Numbered from the stretch's first letter, positions 8,582 through 19,271 are shown. The stretch is DNA of 64,000 nt from Candidatus Komeilibacteria bacterium (GCA_043801745.1 JAZDLR010000016.1:1535-65534); one strand, 5' to 3'. The notes: generated by a model from the letters alone, not told the origin. A program made the numbers and translations.

Positions 8582-10273
8582 GTGTCTGCGCTATCCCTAG
8601 AAACGATTCAGATTATTGCCTGGTCAAAAGTACTGTTATTTTTGGCCGTTATTGTTGCCTTGTTAATTGTCCGCTTTAAAAATAAACCCTGGGCCTGGAG
8701 CTTATTTGCCAGTATCACTGTCACTGCCAGCTACTTAATTATTTCCTGGCCGCTACAGAAAATGTGGTGGGGTAATAATGGCGATGAAATTTTCATTATC
8801 AGTTTCTTTACCCAGGCCCTAAAGTCTAATCCCTTTCAAGACTACTACTACCTAGGGTTACCGGCTTTCTATCCGCCGCTATATTTTCAAGTCATTGGTC
8901 TGGTTTCTCGGCTCTGGGCAGCTAATGCTATTAGCGCGGCCAAATTTGGAACGGCTCTCACTTTTTTCCTGTGGTTTAGCGGAACCTATCTGGGATTACG
9001 TCTGTGCCGGGGCAAACAATCAGAAAAAAGTTCCAGTGAAACTCTGACTCCTTGGCTCTGGTTCACAATACCATTGCTTTTTTTCTTTCTGGTTGATTTC
9101 AACGACTTGATACTTAAGCCCTACGAAACTTTTCCGGCCTTGCTGTCGGTTTTTTGGTTGGGTTTATTATGGCTATCACTTAATAAAAACCGCTGGTCAA
9201 TTAAGGAATATTTATTTTTTGGTATTTCTGGAGGCATCCTATTCTTAACCTACTATTTTTGGTGGTTGATATTAGTACCAGCACTAATAGGTCTGGCGTT
9301 AACTCATTCTCAACGTCTTATTAAATTCCTGCGAATAATTATAGTCGGCTTTATTACCTTTATTATCTCCGGTATATATCTTGTCCCCCTATTTTTGTCT
9401 TACAAATCCGGCATGGAAAATTGGCAAGCTCTTTTCTTTGTTCCGCAAGATTTTTCTACCTTTCTGCCCTTCGTCAACCTGTCTATCAAAACTCCTCTGC
9501 TAATTGCCGGTTTACTCGGCCTTATTATTTATTGCCGCCGGCCCTTTGTCCGAGCCAATTTGGCCATTTTAATTACCTGTTATTTATATCAAATAGTCAG
9601 CTTAGTATTATTTCTGGCCGGCGGCCATCCGTTTCAAGCCGCCAAACCCTTCCTTTTCCTGGGAACAGCCACTCTGACAGTTGGCTGCGCTTATTCACTT
9701 AGCGGACTCTGGAACCACTACGTTACTCCTTTAACCAGCGGCCGCCGGCAAATAATAAGCTTGGCACTAATCGTACTATCACTACCATTTTGGCCCATGA
9801 CTACCTTCATAGATGACGTAGTTGTCAGAAATCAGATTGAAAAGGACTTGAAGGCGCCATCGGCCTATTATTTGGCCAGCCATATTCAGCAAGCTGTTCC
9901 TGATTATCAAAATAAAATCTGGCTCAGTAGTGGTATCCCGGAAATTAACGCCTATTTACCGCTGCATTATTTTATTGCGCACAATCCTCACTTCAGTCAC
10001 CCGGCAGCCAAATACTCTGAGCGGGAGAAAGTTCTTAAAGAGTTAGTCTCGGCGACTGCAGCCAACTTTACGGCACTGGTCCGCGCGTCCGGGATCAACG
10101 CTTTATTACTTTATAAAACCGCCAATAGCGATTCTTATCCTTTATTCCTCTGGGCCGATAACTATCCTAATGGCGGCCTAGAGCGAGAATTACAAATTTC
10201 CAAAGTTCTGATTGATAGTCTGCACTGGAGAACTGTATACGAAGACAGCGAATGGCAAGTCATTATTCCCTAA
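8582..10273 (+). CDS. GT-C-type polytopic membrane protein (putative membrane glycosyltransferase, PMT/ArnT/YfhO-like)
   Basis: >10 TM helices followed by a soluble C-terminal domain; GTG start 3 nt after a TATAAT box (possibly leaderless). Confidence 0.45.
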   Translation: MSALSLETIQIIAWSKVLLFLAVIVALLIVRFKNKPWAWSLFASITVTASYLIISWPLQKMWWGNNGDEIFIISFFTQALKSNPFQDYYYLGLPAFYPPLYFQVIGLVSRLWAANAISAAKFGTALTFFLWFSGTYLGLRLCRGKQSEKSSSETLTPWLWFTIPLLFFFLVDFNDLILKPYETFPALLSVFWLGLLWLSLNKNRWSIKEYLFFGISGGILFLTYYFWWLILVPALIGLALTHSQRLIKFLRIIIVGFITFIISGIYLVPLFLSYKSGMENWQALFFVPQDFSTFLPFVNLSIKTPLLIAGLLGLIIYCRRPFVRANLAILITCYLYQIVSLVLFLAGGHPFQAAKPFLFLGTATLTVGCAYSLSGLWNHYVTPLTSGRRQIISLALIVLSLPFWPMTTFIDDVVVRNQIEKDLKAPSAYYLASHIQQAVPDYQNKIWLSSGIPEINAYLPLHYFIAHNPHFSHPAAKYSEREKVLKELVSATAANFTALVRASGINALLLYKTANSDSYPLFLWADNYPNGGLERELQISKVLIDSLHWRTVYEDSEWQVIIP

Positions 10274-11817
10274 TCATTGCTAAAATTCGGAAATTTTGTT
10301 GGGACAACCGATTTTTTTTAATTTTGGTTGTTTTTCTGGTTGTTATGACCGCTGCCACCTATTCACATTATCTCTACAATTGGGATGCCGGACAATTTGC
10401 TCTTGGCGCCAAACGCTTTTCTTTATCAGAACATCAACCACATCCACCCGGGTATTGGTTGTTTACTGAAACTATTAAATCTTTTAATCTTTTTTTAAGC
10501 GACGGCAACCTATCAATGATTCTGATCAATCTAGTGGCTAGTATGGCCGCGATTTTCTTCTTTTACCGGACAACCATGATGCTGACCGGCAAGCGTCTAC
10601 TGGCTTTTTGGTTAACCCTACTGTTACTAACCAACCAGGTTTTTTGGTTTTACCGTTCTGTTGCCAGCACCTACCTAATAGAAATATTAACTGTTTGCTT
10701 TTTACTCTATACATCAATCCGAATGCAAAAAGGTAGCCGCTCATTACTGCCATACAGCTGTCTGGCCGTGGCGCTTCTGGCCGGTTTTAGGCCTTCAGTT
10801 ATTTTGATCGCCGCCCCGTTATTACTCTACCAATTAATTTTGTCTCCACATAAAGTCTCCGCCATAATAAAAAGCTTGACCGGAGTGCTACTGGGATTAG
10901 CTCTTTGGCTACCCGCCTTAGCTGCCGCGGCCGGTGGCTATCAAGCCTTATATCACTTTATTATTGGTCAATTTATTATAGCCGAAACCTCGACAAGAGC
11001 GATTATTATCAGCCATGACATTTTTTTAGTGGCAACTATCCTGTACACAACCTTTGTACCTCTGATAATAGGCCTGCTGTTTTATAAAAAAATCTACAAC
11101 AGTATTCGCTCCTTCCATCTCTGGTTTATTGTAGCGACACTGGTCTGGCAAATTAGTATCTATCTGATACTACACTTTGATGAAGTTGGTTATATTCTCG
11201 GCCTCATACCTTTATCCTATATTCTTATTTTGCCAGCCTTAGAACATCTAGCTAGCAAGCGTAATCAACTGGTAATTTCCTGCCTAGTGATCTCGGGTCT
11301 GCAGTTAATACTATTTTTTACCGGCATTCCTCTGACCATTCAACCAAAAGTTCAAGCCCTAAACTACCAGGATATCAGCCGTCATGACCAACGGATACAA
11401 AGTCAACTAGCCTTTATTTCCAAATATGACCCGGCAACGACCTTAGTTATTATTACCCGCGGTCAATATCTAACTGCCGACAATGTGATAGCCTCCTACC
11501 CTTATAATGACATACGGCTAATGAGCTATTATTTGCCACAATACAAAATCTATGACCTACTAGGTGTTAAAAATAAATTTTATGTGGCGTCCAATTATAC
11601 CTACAGCGAAATTAACAATGAGACAGTGACCACTATGGCGCCGGCAATCAAACAAATTATTATTGTGGCTGACTATATTCATCCTACCTATCTGCCGCTT
11701 AATTTACAGTGGCGCAGTCTCTATCCGTCATTTAATATTAAAAATGTGTATTTCGCCGACTTAGGAGACCAAACAAACTTCATCTATAGCGGGCAAATCT
11801 TTAGTAAGAATCCCTGA
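10252..11817 (+). CDS. GT-C-type polytopic membrane protein (putative glycosyltransferase)
   Basis: Multi-TM N-terminal region plus C-terminal soluble domain; overlaps upstream gene by 22 nt. Confidence 0.45.
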   Translation: MASHYSLIIAKIRKFCWDNRFFLILVVFLVVMTAATYSHYLYNWDAGQFALGAKRFSLSEHQPHPPGYWLFTETIKSFNLFLSDGNLSMILINLVASMAAIFFFYRTTMMLTGKRLLAFWLTLLLLTNQVFWFYRSVASTYLIEILTVCFLLYTSIRMQKGSRSLLPYSCLAVALLAGFRPSVILIAAPLLLYQLILSPHKVSAIIKSLTGVLLGLALWLPALAAAAGGYQALYHFIIGQFIIAETSTRAIIISHDIFLVATILYTTFVPLIIGLLFYKKIYNSIRSFHLWFIVATLVWQISIYLILHFDEVGYILGLIPLSYILILPALEHLASKRNQLVISCLVISGLQLILFFTGIPLTIQPKVQALNYQDISRHDQRIQSQLAFISKYDPATTLVIITRGQYLTADNVIASYPYNDIRLMSYYLPQYKIYDLLGVKNKFYVASNYTYSEINNETVTTMAPAIKQIIIVADYIHPTYLPLNLQWRSLYPSFNIKNVYFADLGDQTNFIYSGQIFSKNP

Positions 11818-11890
11818 TGGTTATATTGCTTTTTCTCAGCTTTCATACTAGTATGCTCTTGCCTTAGTTCTATTTTTATCTTCTGATTAG

Positions 11891-11966
11891 CGGGGATTAG
11901 CGCAGTTGGTAGCGCGCACGATTCGGGTTCGTGAGGTCACCGGTTCGAATCCGGTATCCCCGACCA
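11891..11966 (+). tRNA. tRNA-Pro (anticodon CGG)
   Basis: Cloverleaf: acceptor CGGGGAT/ATCCCCG, D-stem GCGC/GCGC, anticodon stem CACGA/TCGTG with loop TTCGGGT (G37), T-arm ACCGG-TTCGAAT-CCGGT, encoded CCA. Confidence 0.85.
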
Positions 11967-11996
11967 TCAGCAGATAAAACACTTTATCCTGGATAG

Positions 11997-14234
11997 ATGA
12001 ATAAGTTTAAATTTGTCAGCAATACATATTTTGCAACAGGAATCGTATTAGTAGTTTTATTACTAATTTTTTTTTATCAGCCACTAGTAAATAAACGGAC
12101 GCTGGTCCCCTTAGATATTTTGCCGGAATTTGATCTGGCACTAAAAAACACCAGCCTCAGTCACAATTATTTACTTAGTGATCTGGTAGATCAATTTTAT
12201 CCTAACTACACTCTCCTCCGCCAAAGTTTAAGCAACGGCGAATTTCCTTTATGGAATCCGCATATTTTAACCGGCCTTCCTTTCATGGCTGATAGTCAAA
12301 CAGGAATTTTCGAATTCACCCATATACTATCGTATGCTGCCTCAATCTCACCACTGGCCTTTCCTTTATTTTCGGCCCTCATACTCCTCTTACTATTAGG
12401 ACTGTCTTTTTTTGTTTACCTGAAAAATTTGCGCTTTGATACTCTAGTGTCGTTGTTTGGGGCTGTAGTGCTGATGTTTTCCGGTACCACAATTGTTTGG
12501 TTAAACTATCCTCTGCTGGCAGCTTTTGTTTGGCTACCCTTACTGCTTTACTGTGTTGATAAAATAATTTTGGCCCACGAATACCGTTTTCTGCCGCTGC
12601 TGTCTGTGGTAATTTGCCTCTCATTGCTGGCTGGTTATCCGCAGATCGCTTTAATTAATTTACTGGTGACTGGGCTTTATTTCCTAATTAGGTGGTTACG
12701 GCATGGCTGCTTAAAATGGAATACGTTGACGCTGACAATTCTATTCGTGATCTTGGGTATTACTCTAAGCGCAGTTCAAACAGGACCGTCGTGGGACTTT
12801 ATTAGCGAAAGCCAATCCTATGAGGTGGGACGAGGTTTTTTTGCCCAAGATAATGTACTGGAGGTTGCCCAGAAACAAGTTACCAACCTAGGATCCAGTC
12901 TTAACGACGGCGTGCAGAGAATGGCCCGTTACGGAATCTTAGCTTTTGATCCTAACTACTATGGCTCGCCGCTGACCAGGAATTATAGATTTCCTGAAGA
13001 CAACCCTTATGCCAATTATAGCGAGCTGACAATTTATCCGGGTTTACTCACAATTATATTGGCGCTGCTGGCCATCATTTGGTCAAGAAAATGTAAGGCC
13101 ATAATTTTTTGGCTTGCTACAGCCGTTGTCACCTTTGGTTTAGCGGCCGATTTGCCTCTGCTAAACTTGTTAAAATATTTACCACTCATTAATAAAATTT
13201 CCTTGGGCCGCTTTAGGCCATTATTGGTTTTCGCTGTAGTACTCCTGGCAACTTATTCACTACAAAAAATAATCAATACTTGGAAAAATACTAAGCTGAA
13301 AACAATTGTGGTGATTTGTTTGATAGTAATAAGTTTCGGAGATCTGTTTTATTTCTTCCACACTTACAATTTAGGCACTAAAGCTGAGGCTGGTTTCATC
13401 ACTCAAAACCCAGTCGTTAAGTTTTTACAGGACAATACTACTTATGAGAGAATTGTTGGTTTGGGCCCGGTAAATCAGGGTTTCCGTACGCCCATCTTGC
13501 CCAACACCGGTATTCTTACCGGACTATATGATGTCCGGGGCTATAACCCGATAGTGGGCAAAAATTATATCACTTTTAGCGGCACTTATTTAACTCAGCG
13601 CGGATCTTTTATTCTAGCCGATGCGGTCTTTGATGACCAAGCAATTGACTTAATGAGTGTTAAATATCTTGTTTGTCCCGCTACCAGCTGTTTATTCGTC
13701 AACCAAACAGAAAAATGGGAGCAGGAATATGCCGATGCCAATGTTAAAATCATCAAAAATCCCGACTTCCTACCGCGCGCCTATATTGCCTATGATTATC
13801 TGGACGGACAAAATGAACAATTGATCAAATTATTTGAATCCAATACCCTGGACATTAATTCCCAAGTGTTGGTTGCTAATTCTATTGCCGCTACCGATTT
13901 GCAGAAACAGCCCGGTAGCCCAATCAAGCCAGCCGAGATTATTAAATATTCCAATAACAAGGTCATAATCAAAAGCCAAAGCGACCAAAGTGGGATACTG
14001 GTACTAACTGATAATTATGACGCCGATTGGCAGGTCACAGTCAATGGTCAGAAACAAAAAGTGCTCCAGGTAAATGGAATCTTTCGCGGTGTAATCGTGC
14101 CCGCCGGCACCAGTGAGATCGTTTTTACTTATTGGCCTAAGAATTTTGATCTCTATATCGCGCTGTCGGCCACCAGTCTATTAATACTTATTGCTTCGGG
14201 TATTATTATTAACAAAAAGTCAATCGGCATATGA
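11997..14234 (+). CDS. YfhO-like GT-C membrane protein (putative membrane glycosyltransferase)
   Basis: 745 aa with about 12 TM helices, a large extracytoplasmic domain and a C-terminal TM anchor. Confidence 0.5.
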   Translation: MNKFKFVSNTYFATGIVLVVLLLIFFYQPLVNKRTLVPLDILPEFDLALKNTSLSHNYLLSDLVDQFYPNYTLLRQSLSNGEFPLWNPHILTGLPFMADSQTGIFEFTHILSYAASISPLAFPLFSALILLLLLGLSFFVYLKNLRFDTLVSLFGAVVLMFSGTTIVWLNYPLLAAFVWLPLLLYCVDKIILAHEYRFLPLLSVVICLSLLAGYPQIALINLLVTGLYFLIRWLRHGCLKWNTLTLTILFVILGITLSAVQTGPSWDFISESQSYEVGRGFFAQDNVLEVAQKQVTNLGSSLNDGVQRMARYGILAFDPNYYGSPLTRNYRFPEDNPYANYSELTIYPGLLTIILALLAIIWSRKCKAIIFWLATAVVTFGLAADLPLLNLLKYLPLINKISLGRFRPLLVFAVVLLATYSLQKIINTWKNTKLKTIVVICLIVISFGDLFYFFHTYNLGTKAEAGFITQNPVVKFLQDNTTYERIVGLGPVNQGFRTPILPNTGILTGLYDVRGYNPIVGKNYITFSGTYLTQRGSFILADAVFDDQAIDLMSVKYLVCPATSCLFVNQTEKWEQEYADANVKIIKNPDFLPRAYIAYDYLDGQNEQLIKLFESNTLDINSQVLVANSIAATDLQKQPGSPIKPAEIIKYSNNKVIIKSQSDQSGILVLTDNYDADWQVTVNGQKQKVLQVNGIFRGVIVPAGTSEIVFTYWPKNFDLYIALSATSLLILIASGIIINKKSIGI

Positions 14235-14794
14235 AAAATATTTACTTTATAACCAGCAACAAATATAAATTTCAAATCGCTGAAGAGGGCTTCAAGGGTT
14301 CCGGCTTTAAACTGATTCAGAAAAATTTAGCCACACCGGAAATCCAAAGCACTGACCTGCGTGAAATTGCCGCCTATTCAGCCCAGTGGGCGGCTAACAA
14401 CTTAAAACATCCGGTCGTCCTAACCGATGCTGGCTGCTTTATTCCGGCCTTAAAAGGTTTCCCCGGGCCCTTTATCAAATACATTAACGGCTATTTAACG
14501 GCGCAAGATTATCTTAAGCTGATGGCCGGAAGAAAAAATCGAAAAATTATTTTTAAAGACTGTCTGGCCTACTGTGAGCCGGGCAAGAAACCCCTGTTAT
14601 TTTATTCCTCAGCCGCAGGCAGAATTTCAACCCGACCGGGTAAAAGAGGGCAAACTTCAATAAATGAAATTTTCATTCCCAAGGGATTCAATATGGTAGA
14701 ATCGGAAATACCCAGACAGCAAATGGTTATTTTTTGGAGTAAAAATAATTCTACCTACCGTTCATTGGTGAAATATTTAAGCAGCAGAATCTAA
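14231..14794 (+). CDS. non-canonical purine NTP pyrophosphatase (Ham1/RdgB/ITPase family)
   Basis: N-terminal [16 protein letters not shown] and [19 protein letters not shown] motifs; 4-nt overlap with upstream gene. Confidence 0.6.
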   Translation: MKNIYFITSNKYKFQIAEEGFKGSGFKLIQKNLATPEIQSTDLREIAAYSAQWAANNLKHPVVLTDAGCFIPALKGFPGPFIKYINGYLTAQDYLKLMAGRKNRKIIFKDCLAYCEPGKKPLLFYSSAAGRISTRPGKRGQTSINEIFIPKGFNMVESEIPRQQMVIFWSKNNSTYRSLVKYLSSRI

Positions 14795-15724
14795 CTGACT
14801 GCGGAAATATTCAATAGTAGATTGTAAACCTTCTTCCAGTGGTACTTTGGGCTGCCAGTGCAATTTTTCTTTTGCCAGACTGATATCCGGCTTCCGCCTA
14901 CAGGGGTCGTCCTGGGGCAATGGTTGAAAAATAATCTTTGACTTAGAATCAGTCAGCCGAATAATAGTTGCGGCAATGTCCTTAATCGTTAGTTCCTGTG
15001 GATTGCCCAAATTAACCGGCCCGGTAAAATTATCGCTTTGCATCAATAGATATAAAGCCTCAACCAAATCTGACACATAACAAAAAGATCTTGTCTGTGA
15101 ACCGTCACCGTAAATGGTTAAATCCTGTCCTTTCAGCGCCTGTAAAATAAAATTAGACACTACCCGGCCGTCATTTACTGCCATAGCCGGACCGTAAGTA
15201 TTGAAAATCCTGGCCACAGCAATGGGCAGTGAAAATTTCCGGTGGTAGTCAAAAAATAATGTTTCGGCTACTCGTTTACCTTCGTCATAACATGACCTGG
15301 GACCAATGGTATTAACATTGCCCCAATACGATTCCTTCTGCGGATGCTCCAAAGGATCTCCGTAGATTTCCGATGTCGATGCCTGCAGAGTTTTGGCGGC
15401 GAATTTCTTGGCTAAACCCAGAACATTGATTACGCCTATGGTATTTGCTTTAACTGTCTTAATGGCATCCAGCTGATAATGAACCGGCGAGGCCGGACAG
15501 GCTAAATTATAAATTTGATCAATCTTGGTATCTAAAGAAATATGATCAATAATATCATGTTCAATAAACTGAAAATTGGGATCCTCCTCCAGCCGTAAAA
15601 TATTATTCCGGCTGCCGGTAAATAAATTATCCAGGCAGATTACTCGATTACCCCGGGTTAATAAAAAAGCGCACAAATGACTGCCGATAAATCCGGCGCC
15701 GCCGGTTACTAAAATTGTTTTCAT
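14777..15724 (-). CDS. uxs: UDP-glucuronate decarboxylase / UDP-xylose synthase (NAD-dependent epimerase/dehydratase)
   Basis: [17 protein letters not shown] Rossmann start, YxxxK catalytic region and strong overall UXS-like sequence; start taken at internal ATG 15724. Confidence 0.8.
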   Translation of the reverse strand: MKTILVTGGAGFIGSHLCAFLLTRGNRVICLDNLFTGSRNNILRLEEDPNFQFIEHDIIDHISLDTKIDQIYNLACPASPVHYQLDAIKTVKANTIGVINVLGLAKKFAAKTLQASTSEIYGDPLEHPQKESYWGNVNTIGPRSCYDEGKRVAETLFFDYHRKFSLPIAVARIFNTYGPAMAVNDGRVVSNFILQALKGQDLTIYGDGSQTRSFCYVSDLVEALYLLMQSDNFTGPVNLGNPQELTIKDIAATIIRLTDSKSKIIFQPLPQDDPCRRKPDISLAKEKLHWQPKVPLEEGLQSTIEYFRSQLDSAA

Positions 15725-15839
15725 AATTATCAGTGACCCGCCAAGCTTAATACGAACAAGTAGAAAAATCAATTATTCTGGTTGACTGAATGGCTCCAGG
15801 GGGGTAAGCTTTAGCCGTTAATTTACTAACTTTTAACCT

Positions 15840-16604
15840 ATGTATTACTATCTGCTAATCATCGTGATTTTGCTGGTACTTTCCAGCCTGCGGATCGTCA
15901 AAGAGTATGAACGCGGCGTAATATTCTTCCTGGGCCGCTGTACCGGAAAGCGCGGGCCCGGCCTTATCTTCTTAATTCCGGTTTTGGAAAGAATGGTCAA
16001 AGTTACACTGCGGACCGTAACTATGGACATTCCGTCGCAGAAAATTATTACCAAGGATAATGTCTCTATTGATATTGCCGCCGTGGCTTATTACCACATA
16101 GTTGATCCGGTCAAAGCCGTACTATCAATTGAAAACATTTTCTACGCAGTAAACCAAATAAGCCAAACTACTGTCCGCAATGTCGTGGGTCAATTCATGC
16201 TAGACCAACTACTGTCACAAACAGTGGATATTAATAACCAGATCAAAAATGTTATTGATGCGCACACTGAACCCTGGGGCGCTCAAGTAACCGCAGTAGA
16301 GATCAAAGACATCTTTCTGCCGGATAATATGCAGCGCGCCATGGCTAAAGAAGCTGAAGCTGAACGCGAACGCCGCGCTAAGATCGTAGCTGCCGAAGGA
16401 GAATTCCAAGCCGCGGAAAAACTAGGCCAGGCCGCTGATCTGATCTCGGCTCATCCGGTCGCTCTGCAACTGCGTACTCTACAAACTATGGCCGAAATCA
16501 GCGTAGAGAAAAATTCTACTATTATCTTCCCGGCGCAGTTTATGAATACGGTTCAGGATGCCATTAATATTATTGCCAAAGATAATAAGGCGGCACTGAA
16601 GTAA
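15840..16604 (+). CDS. SPFH/band 7 (stomatin-like) membrane protein
   Basis: N-terminal TM helix followed by an SPFH domain ([14 protein letters not shown] ... [17 protein letters not shown]). Confidence 0.85.
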   Translation: MYYYLLIIVILLVLSSLRIVKEYERGVIFFLGRCTGKRGPGLIFLIPVLERMVKVTLRTVTMDIPSQKIITKDNVSIDIAAVAYYHIVDPVKAVLSIENIFYAVNQISQTTVRNVVGQFMLDQLLSQTVDINNQIKNVIDAHTEPWGAQVTAVEIKDIFLPDNMQRAMAKEAEAERERRAKIVAAEGEFQAAEKLGQAADLISAHPVALQLRTLQTMAEISVEKNSTIIFPAQFMNTVQDAINIIAKDNKAALK

Positions 16605-16639
16605 ATCGGTCAACTATTATAAGTAGGCCAGCTTATTAT

Positions 16640-17032
16640 ATGGAAAATATACCCGATGTAAGCAAGCGACAAGAGCGCAACAAACTGACTCCAGAAGAAA
16701 TGACTGCCAGACTCCATAATTATTTGAACGACTTTGACGACGACATTCCTCAGGAAAGAGTTACTGACGGTAATTTCAAGGTCAGAAATAATTGGTTACA
16801 AGGGGCGCTTAGTAATATAAGATATACGGCGCACTTTATTCTTGCTGATGCGTCGCTCCGCGAAGAAGCGGATATGCTTGTAAAACAAATCAATAATAGG
16901 AGACTACTGGGCGTAGAGGCAATGGAACGCGGCGAACAGACAGACAGTTTTGTGCCAACAACAAAAAAAGAGATAGAACAAGTTAATACTCTCCTAAAAA
17001 AAGCTATAGATAGTTTACAGGATAATATATAA
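16640..17032 (+). CDS. hypothetical protein
   Basis: ORF only. Confidence 0.35.
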   Translation: MENIPDVSKRQERNKLTPEEMTARLHNYLNDFDDDIPQERVTDGNFKVRNNWLQGALSNIRYTAHFILADASLREEADMLVKQINNRRLLGVEAMERGEQTDSFVPTTKKEIEQVNTLLKKAIDSLQDNI

Positions 17033-17044
17033 GTGTAGCCCACC

Positions 17045-17073
17045 TTGCCCCAACGTTAAACTTGACTTATACT
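17045..17073 (+). promoter_or_regulatory. promoter (-35 TTGCCC, 17-nt spacer, -10 TATACT) seven nt upstream of ATG 17081 (leaderless)
   Basis: Sequence pattern. Confidence 0.4.
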
Positions 17074-17080
17074 GAAAACC

Positions 17081-17245
17081 ATGGAAAATCAATGTAAAGC
17101 CTGCGGTATGGCGACCGAAGGGTTTAAATGCCTTACCTGTCAGGAAGAGCTGGCCGAATTTGACATTGACCATGTCTGCGGCAGCGATATGCTCCAACCC
17201 AAGTGCACCGGCTGTAATCAGGCCGAGAGTAACTGCGGTTGCTAG
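17081..17245 (+). CDS. small Cys-rich protein (54 aa, 10 Cys; zinc-ribbon/metal-binding-like)
   Basis: ATG-to-TAG ORF below the 60-aa track threshold (MENQCKACGMATEGFKCLTCQEE...KCTGCNQAESNCGC); promoter-like elements upstream and an intrinsic terminator downstream. Confidence 0.45.
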   Translation: MENQCKACGMATEGFKCLTCQEELAEFDIDHVCGSDMLQPKCTGCNQAESNCGC

Positions 17246-17254
17246 CCAATCATA

Positions 17255-17290
17255 AAAACAACTCCATCCGGGGTTGTTTTTTAAATCTAT
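17255..17290. terminator. intrinsic terminator (AACAACUCC-AUCC-GGGGUUGUU plus U-run), flanked by an A-run so possibly bidirectional
   Basis: 9-bp stem and T6 tract. Confidence 0.6.
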
Positions 17291-17408
17291 AGACCATCTA
17301 ACCTACCAACCTGCTCATATAGTGATAGATGAGGACTACTGACATAATTTAAAGGATCCCCGTGCATGTTGCAGAGGGGGATCCTCATTGTCTACTCCGA
17401 GCCAAAGG

Positions 17409-17861
17409 TCAACGTGTCGTGGTATACACGTACTCTGCCAGTACCAACTCACTTGTGCTGGTCTGGAACGGCAAAGTCAGAGAACTGAGATACAGTTTTT
17501 CGTTGAATGATGACGTTTTCGGCCATCCCTCGAGCATTGCCAGATGACGGAAATAGCCCACCTCAACAGCTGCCTCACTGGGGTACTGGCTGATACTCGT
17601 TGAAATGACGCGGTGACGATCGCCCACCTCATTCACTTCAACGGTATAATGGTAGCCGAACTTATCGACTATTTGGTTGTCATAGCGGCTCTTCAGGGAC
17701 TCCACGCCGCCACGTTTGAAGGTCTGTCTGATTTCCGTCTTCACCAGCTGAAAGCTGATCTGGGATTTGACCCAGCCAGGCACTGTCTGCGGCGCTGCCA
17801 GAAAATCAGCCAGCTGAAGAATCGCCAATATGATTAACAGATACCTTGCCCACGGTTTCAT
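17409..17861 (-). CDS. secreted hypothetical protein
   Basis: Signal peptide MKPWARYLLIILAILQLADFLAAPQ. Confidence 0.45.
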   Translation of the reverse strand: MKPWARYLLIILAILQLADFLAAPQTVPGWVKSQISFQLVKTEIRQTFKRGGVESLKSRYDNQIVDKFGYHYTVEVNEVGDRHRVISTSISQYPSEAAVEVGYFRHLAMLEGWPKTSSFNEKLYLSSLTLPFQTSTSELVLAEYVYTTTR

Positions 17862-17942
17862 CTCTCTGCTCCTTTGTTAGATAACATACAGCCCAATTGC
17901 TGTAATCGCCCAAAATACCATAGAATGCTTGCCGTGTCAATA

Positions 17943-17978
17943 TCTTAAAAAACAGCTCCCTCGGGGTTGTTTTAAAAT
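17943..17978. terminator. intrinsic terminator (AACAGCUCC-CUC-GGGGUUGUU), same family as 17255; likely terminates the minus-strand ABC operon and is bidirectional
   Basis: Stem-loop with A-run and T-run on either side. Confidence 0.55.
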
Positions 17979-18032
17979 CATCAAATAATCTTCGCTGATT
18001 TCTTTCTTACTACAAGCTACCCTCCTACCATC

Positions 18033-19271
18033 CTACTCATACCTCAACGCCTCGATCGGATTCTTCTTAGCCGCCTGGCGAGCCGGATATAGACCAAAGA
18101 CCAGACCTACAACAGTAGATACTACCAGACCTAAGATGGCTGCTGACATGGGGAAAGTAAAGGACCAGGCAAAGCCGGCATATTTTGCCACCAATAAAAT
18201 AATCAGATAAGAGAAAGAGGTGCCCAGAACTATTCCTATAAAGCCGCCTGCACCGGTCAGCGCAACCGATTCTAATAAAAATTGCGTCATGATATCGCTT
18301 TCGGTGGCTCCCACGGCTTTACGTAAACCAATTTCGCGGGTGCGCTCTGTTACTGATACCAACATAATATTCATAATGCCGATACCACCGACTAATAAAG
18401 AGATGGCAGCCACGGCAGCCAAGAATAAAGTCAATACATCAGTAATGGTTTTCACCATAGCCATAGCATCAGCTTGAGTTTCCACAAAAAAGTCATCCTT
18501 GTCCGGATCGGTAATTCCATGATTAGCCCTTAAGGTTAATTTTAAATCGCGTACTGTGGCAGCCACGTGCTGCTCACTGTCAGCCTCTATAACGATGCGA
18601 TTAAAATATTTTATACCCAGGATATATCTTTGCGCGGTCGTATAGGGAATAATTACCGCGTCATCAAAACTTACAAACGACGATTGACCCTTAGCCGACA
18701 TGACGCCGACAATCCGCAGGTTGCGTCCTTTAATCCTGACCTTCTGACCAATCGGATCAGAATTAGCAAATAGCTCGTTCTTCACTTTACTACCAATAAC
18801 GACCATATCAGCATAACCCTTGACGTCCTCCTCAGTAAAAGACACGCCTTGAGCCAGCTTAATGTCATAGATATCCATAAACATGGTATTAACTCCATAA
18901 AGAGTGGGCCGGTAAATCTGATTGCCATAAGACAGGGTCTCCGTGCCAAAAACCAAAGGCATTACCCGTACCAAATACGGCACATTGCTCTTATTCAAAA
19001 TAGCCGTTAGATCACGGTCTTTAAGTGAATCAGTAAACGCCGAGAGAGCATCCGACGGGCCTTTTGGCATCTTGCCCGGAGCGACCACGATGGTCTTGGC
19101 GCCAACGCTCTGAATCTGGTCAAGAATTAAATTTTGTGCGCCCTGACCCAAAGAAACAATAATCATAATCGCCATGATGCCGATCACAATACCCAAAATT
19201 GTCAAAGCTGCCCGCGTTTTATTTGTCCGCGGACCGACGACCGATGTTTGGAAATTGTGCTTAAGTTTCAT
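18033..19271 (-). CDS. ABC transporter permease (FtsX/MacB-like)
   Basis: N-terminal TM helix, large periplasmic domain and C-terminal FtsX-like 3-TM bundle; paralog of 19292..20530. Confidence 0.8.
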   Translation of the reverse strand: MKLKHNFQTSVVGPRTNKTRAALTILGIVIGIMAIMIIVSLGQGAQNLILDQIQSVGAKTIVVAPGKMPKGPSDALSAFTDSLKDRDLTAILNKSNVPYLVRVMPLVFGTETLSYGNQIYRPTLYGVNTMFMDIYDIKLAQGVSFTEEDVKGYADMVVIGSKVKNELFANSDPIGQKVRIKGRNLRIVGVMSAKGQSSFVSFDDAVIIPYTTAQRYILGIKYFNRIVIEADSEQHVAATVRDLKLTLRANHGITDPDKDDFFVETQADAMAMVKTITDVLTLFLAAVAAISLLVGGIGIMNIMLVSVTERTREIGLRKAVGATESDIMTQFLLESVALTGAGGFIGIVLGTSFSYLIILLVAKYAGFAWSFTFPMSAAILGLVVSTVVGLVFGLYPARQAAKKNPIEALRYE

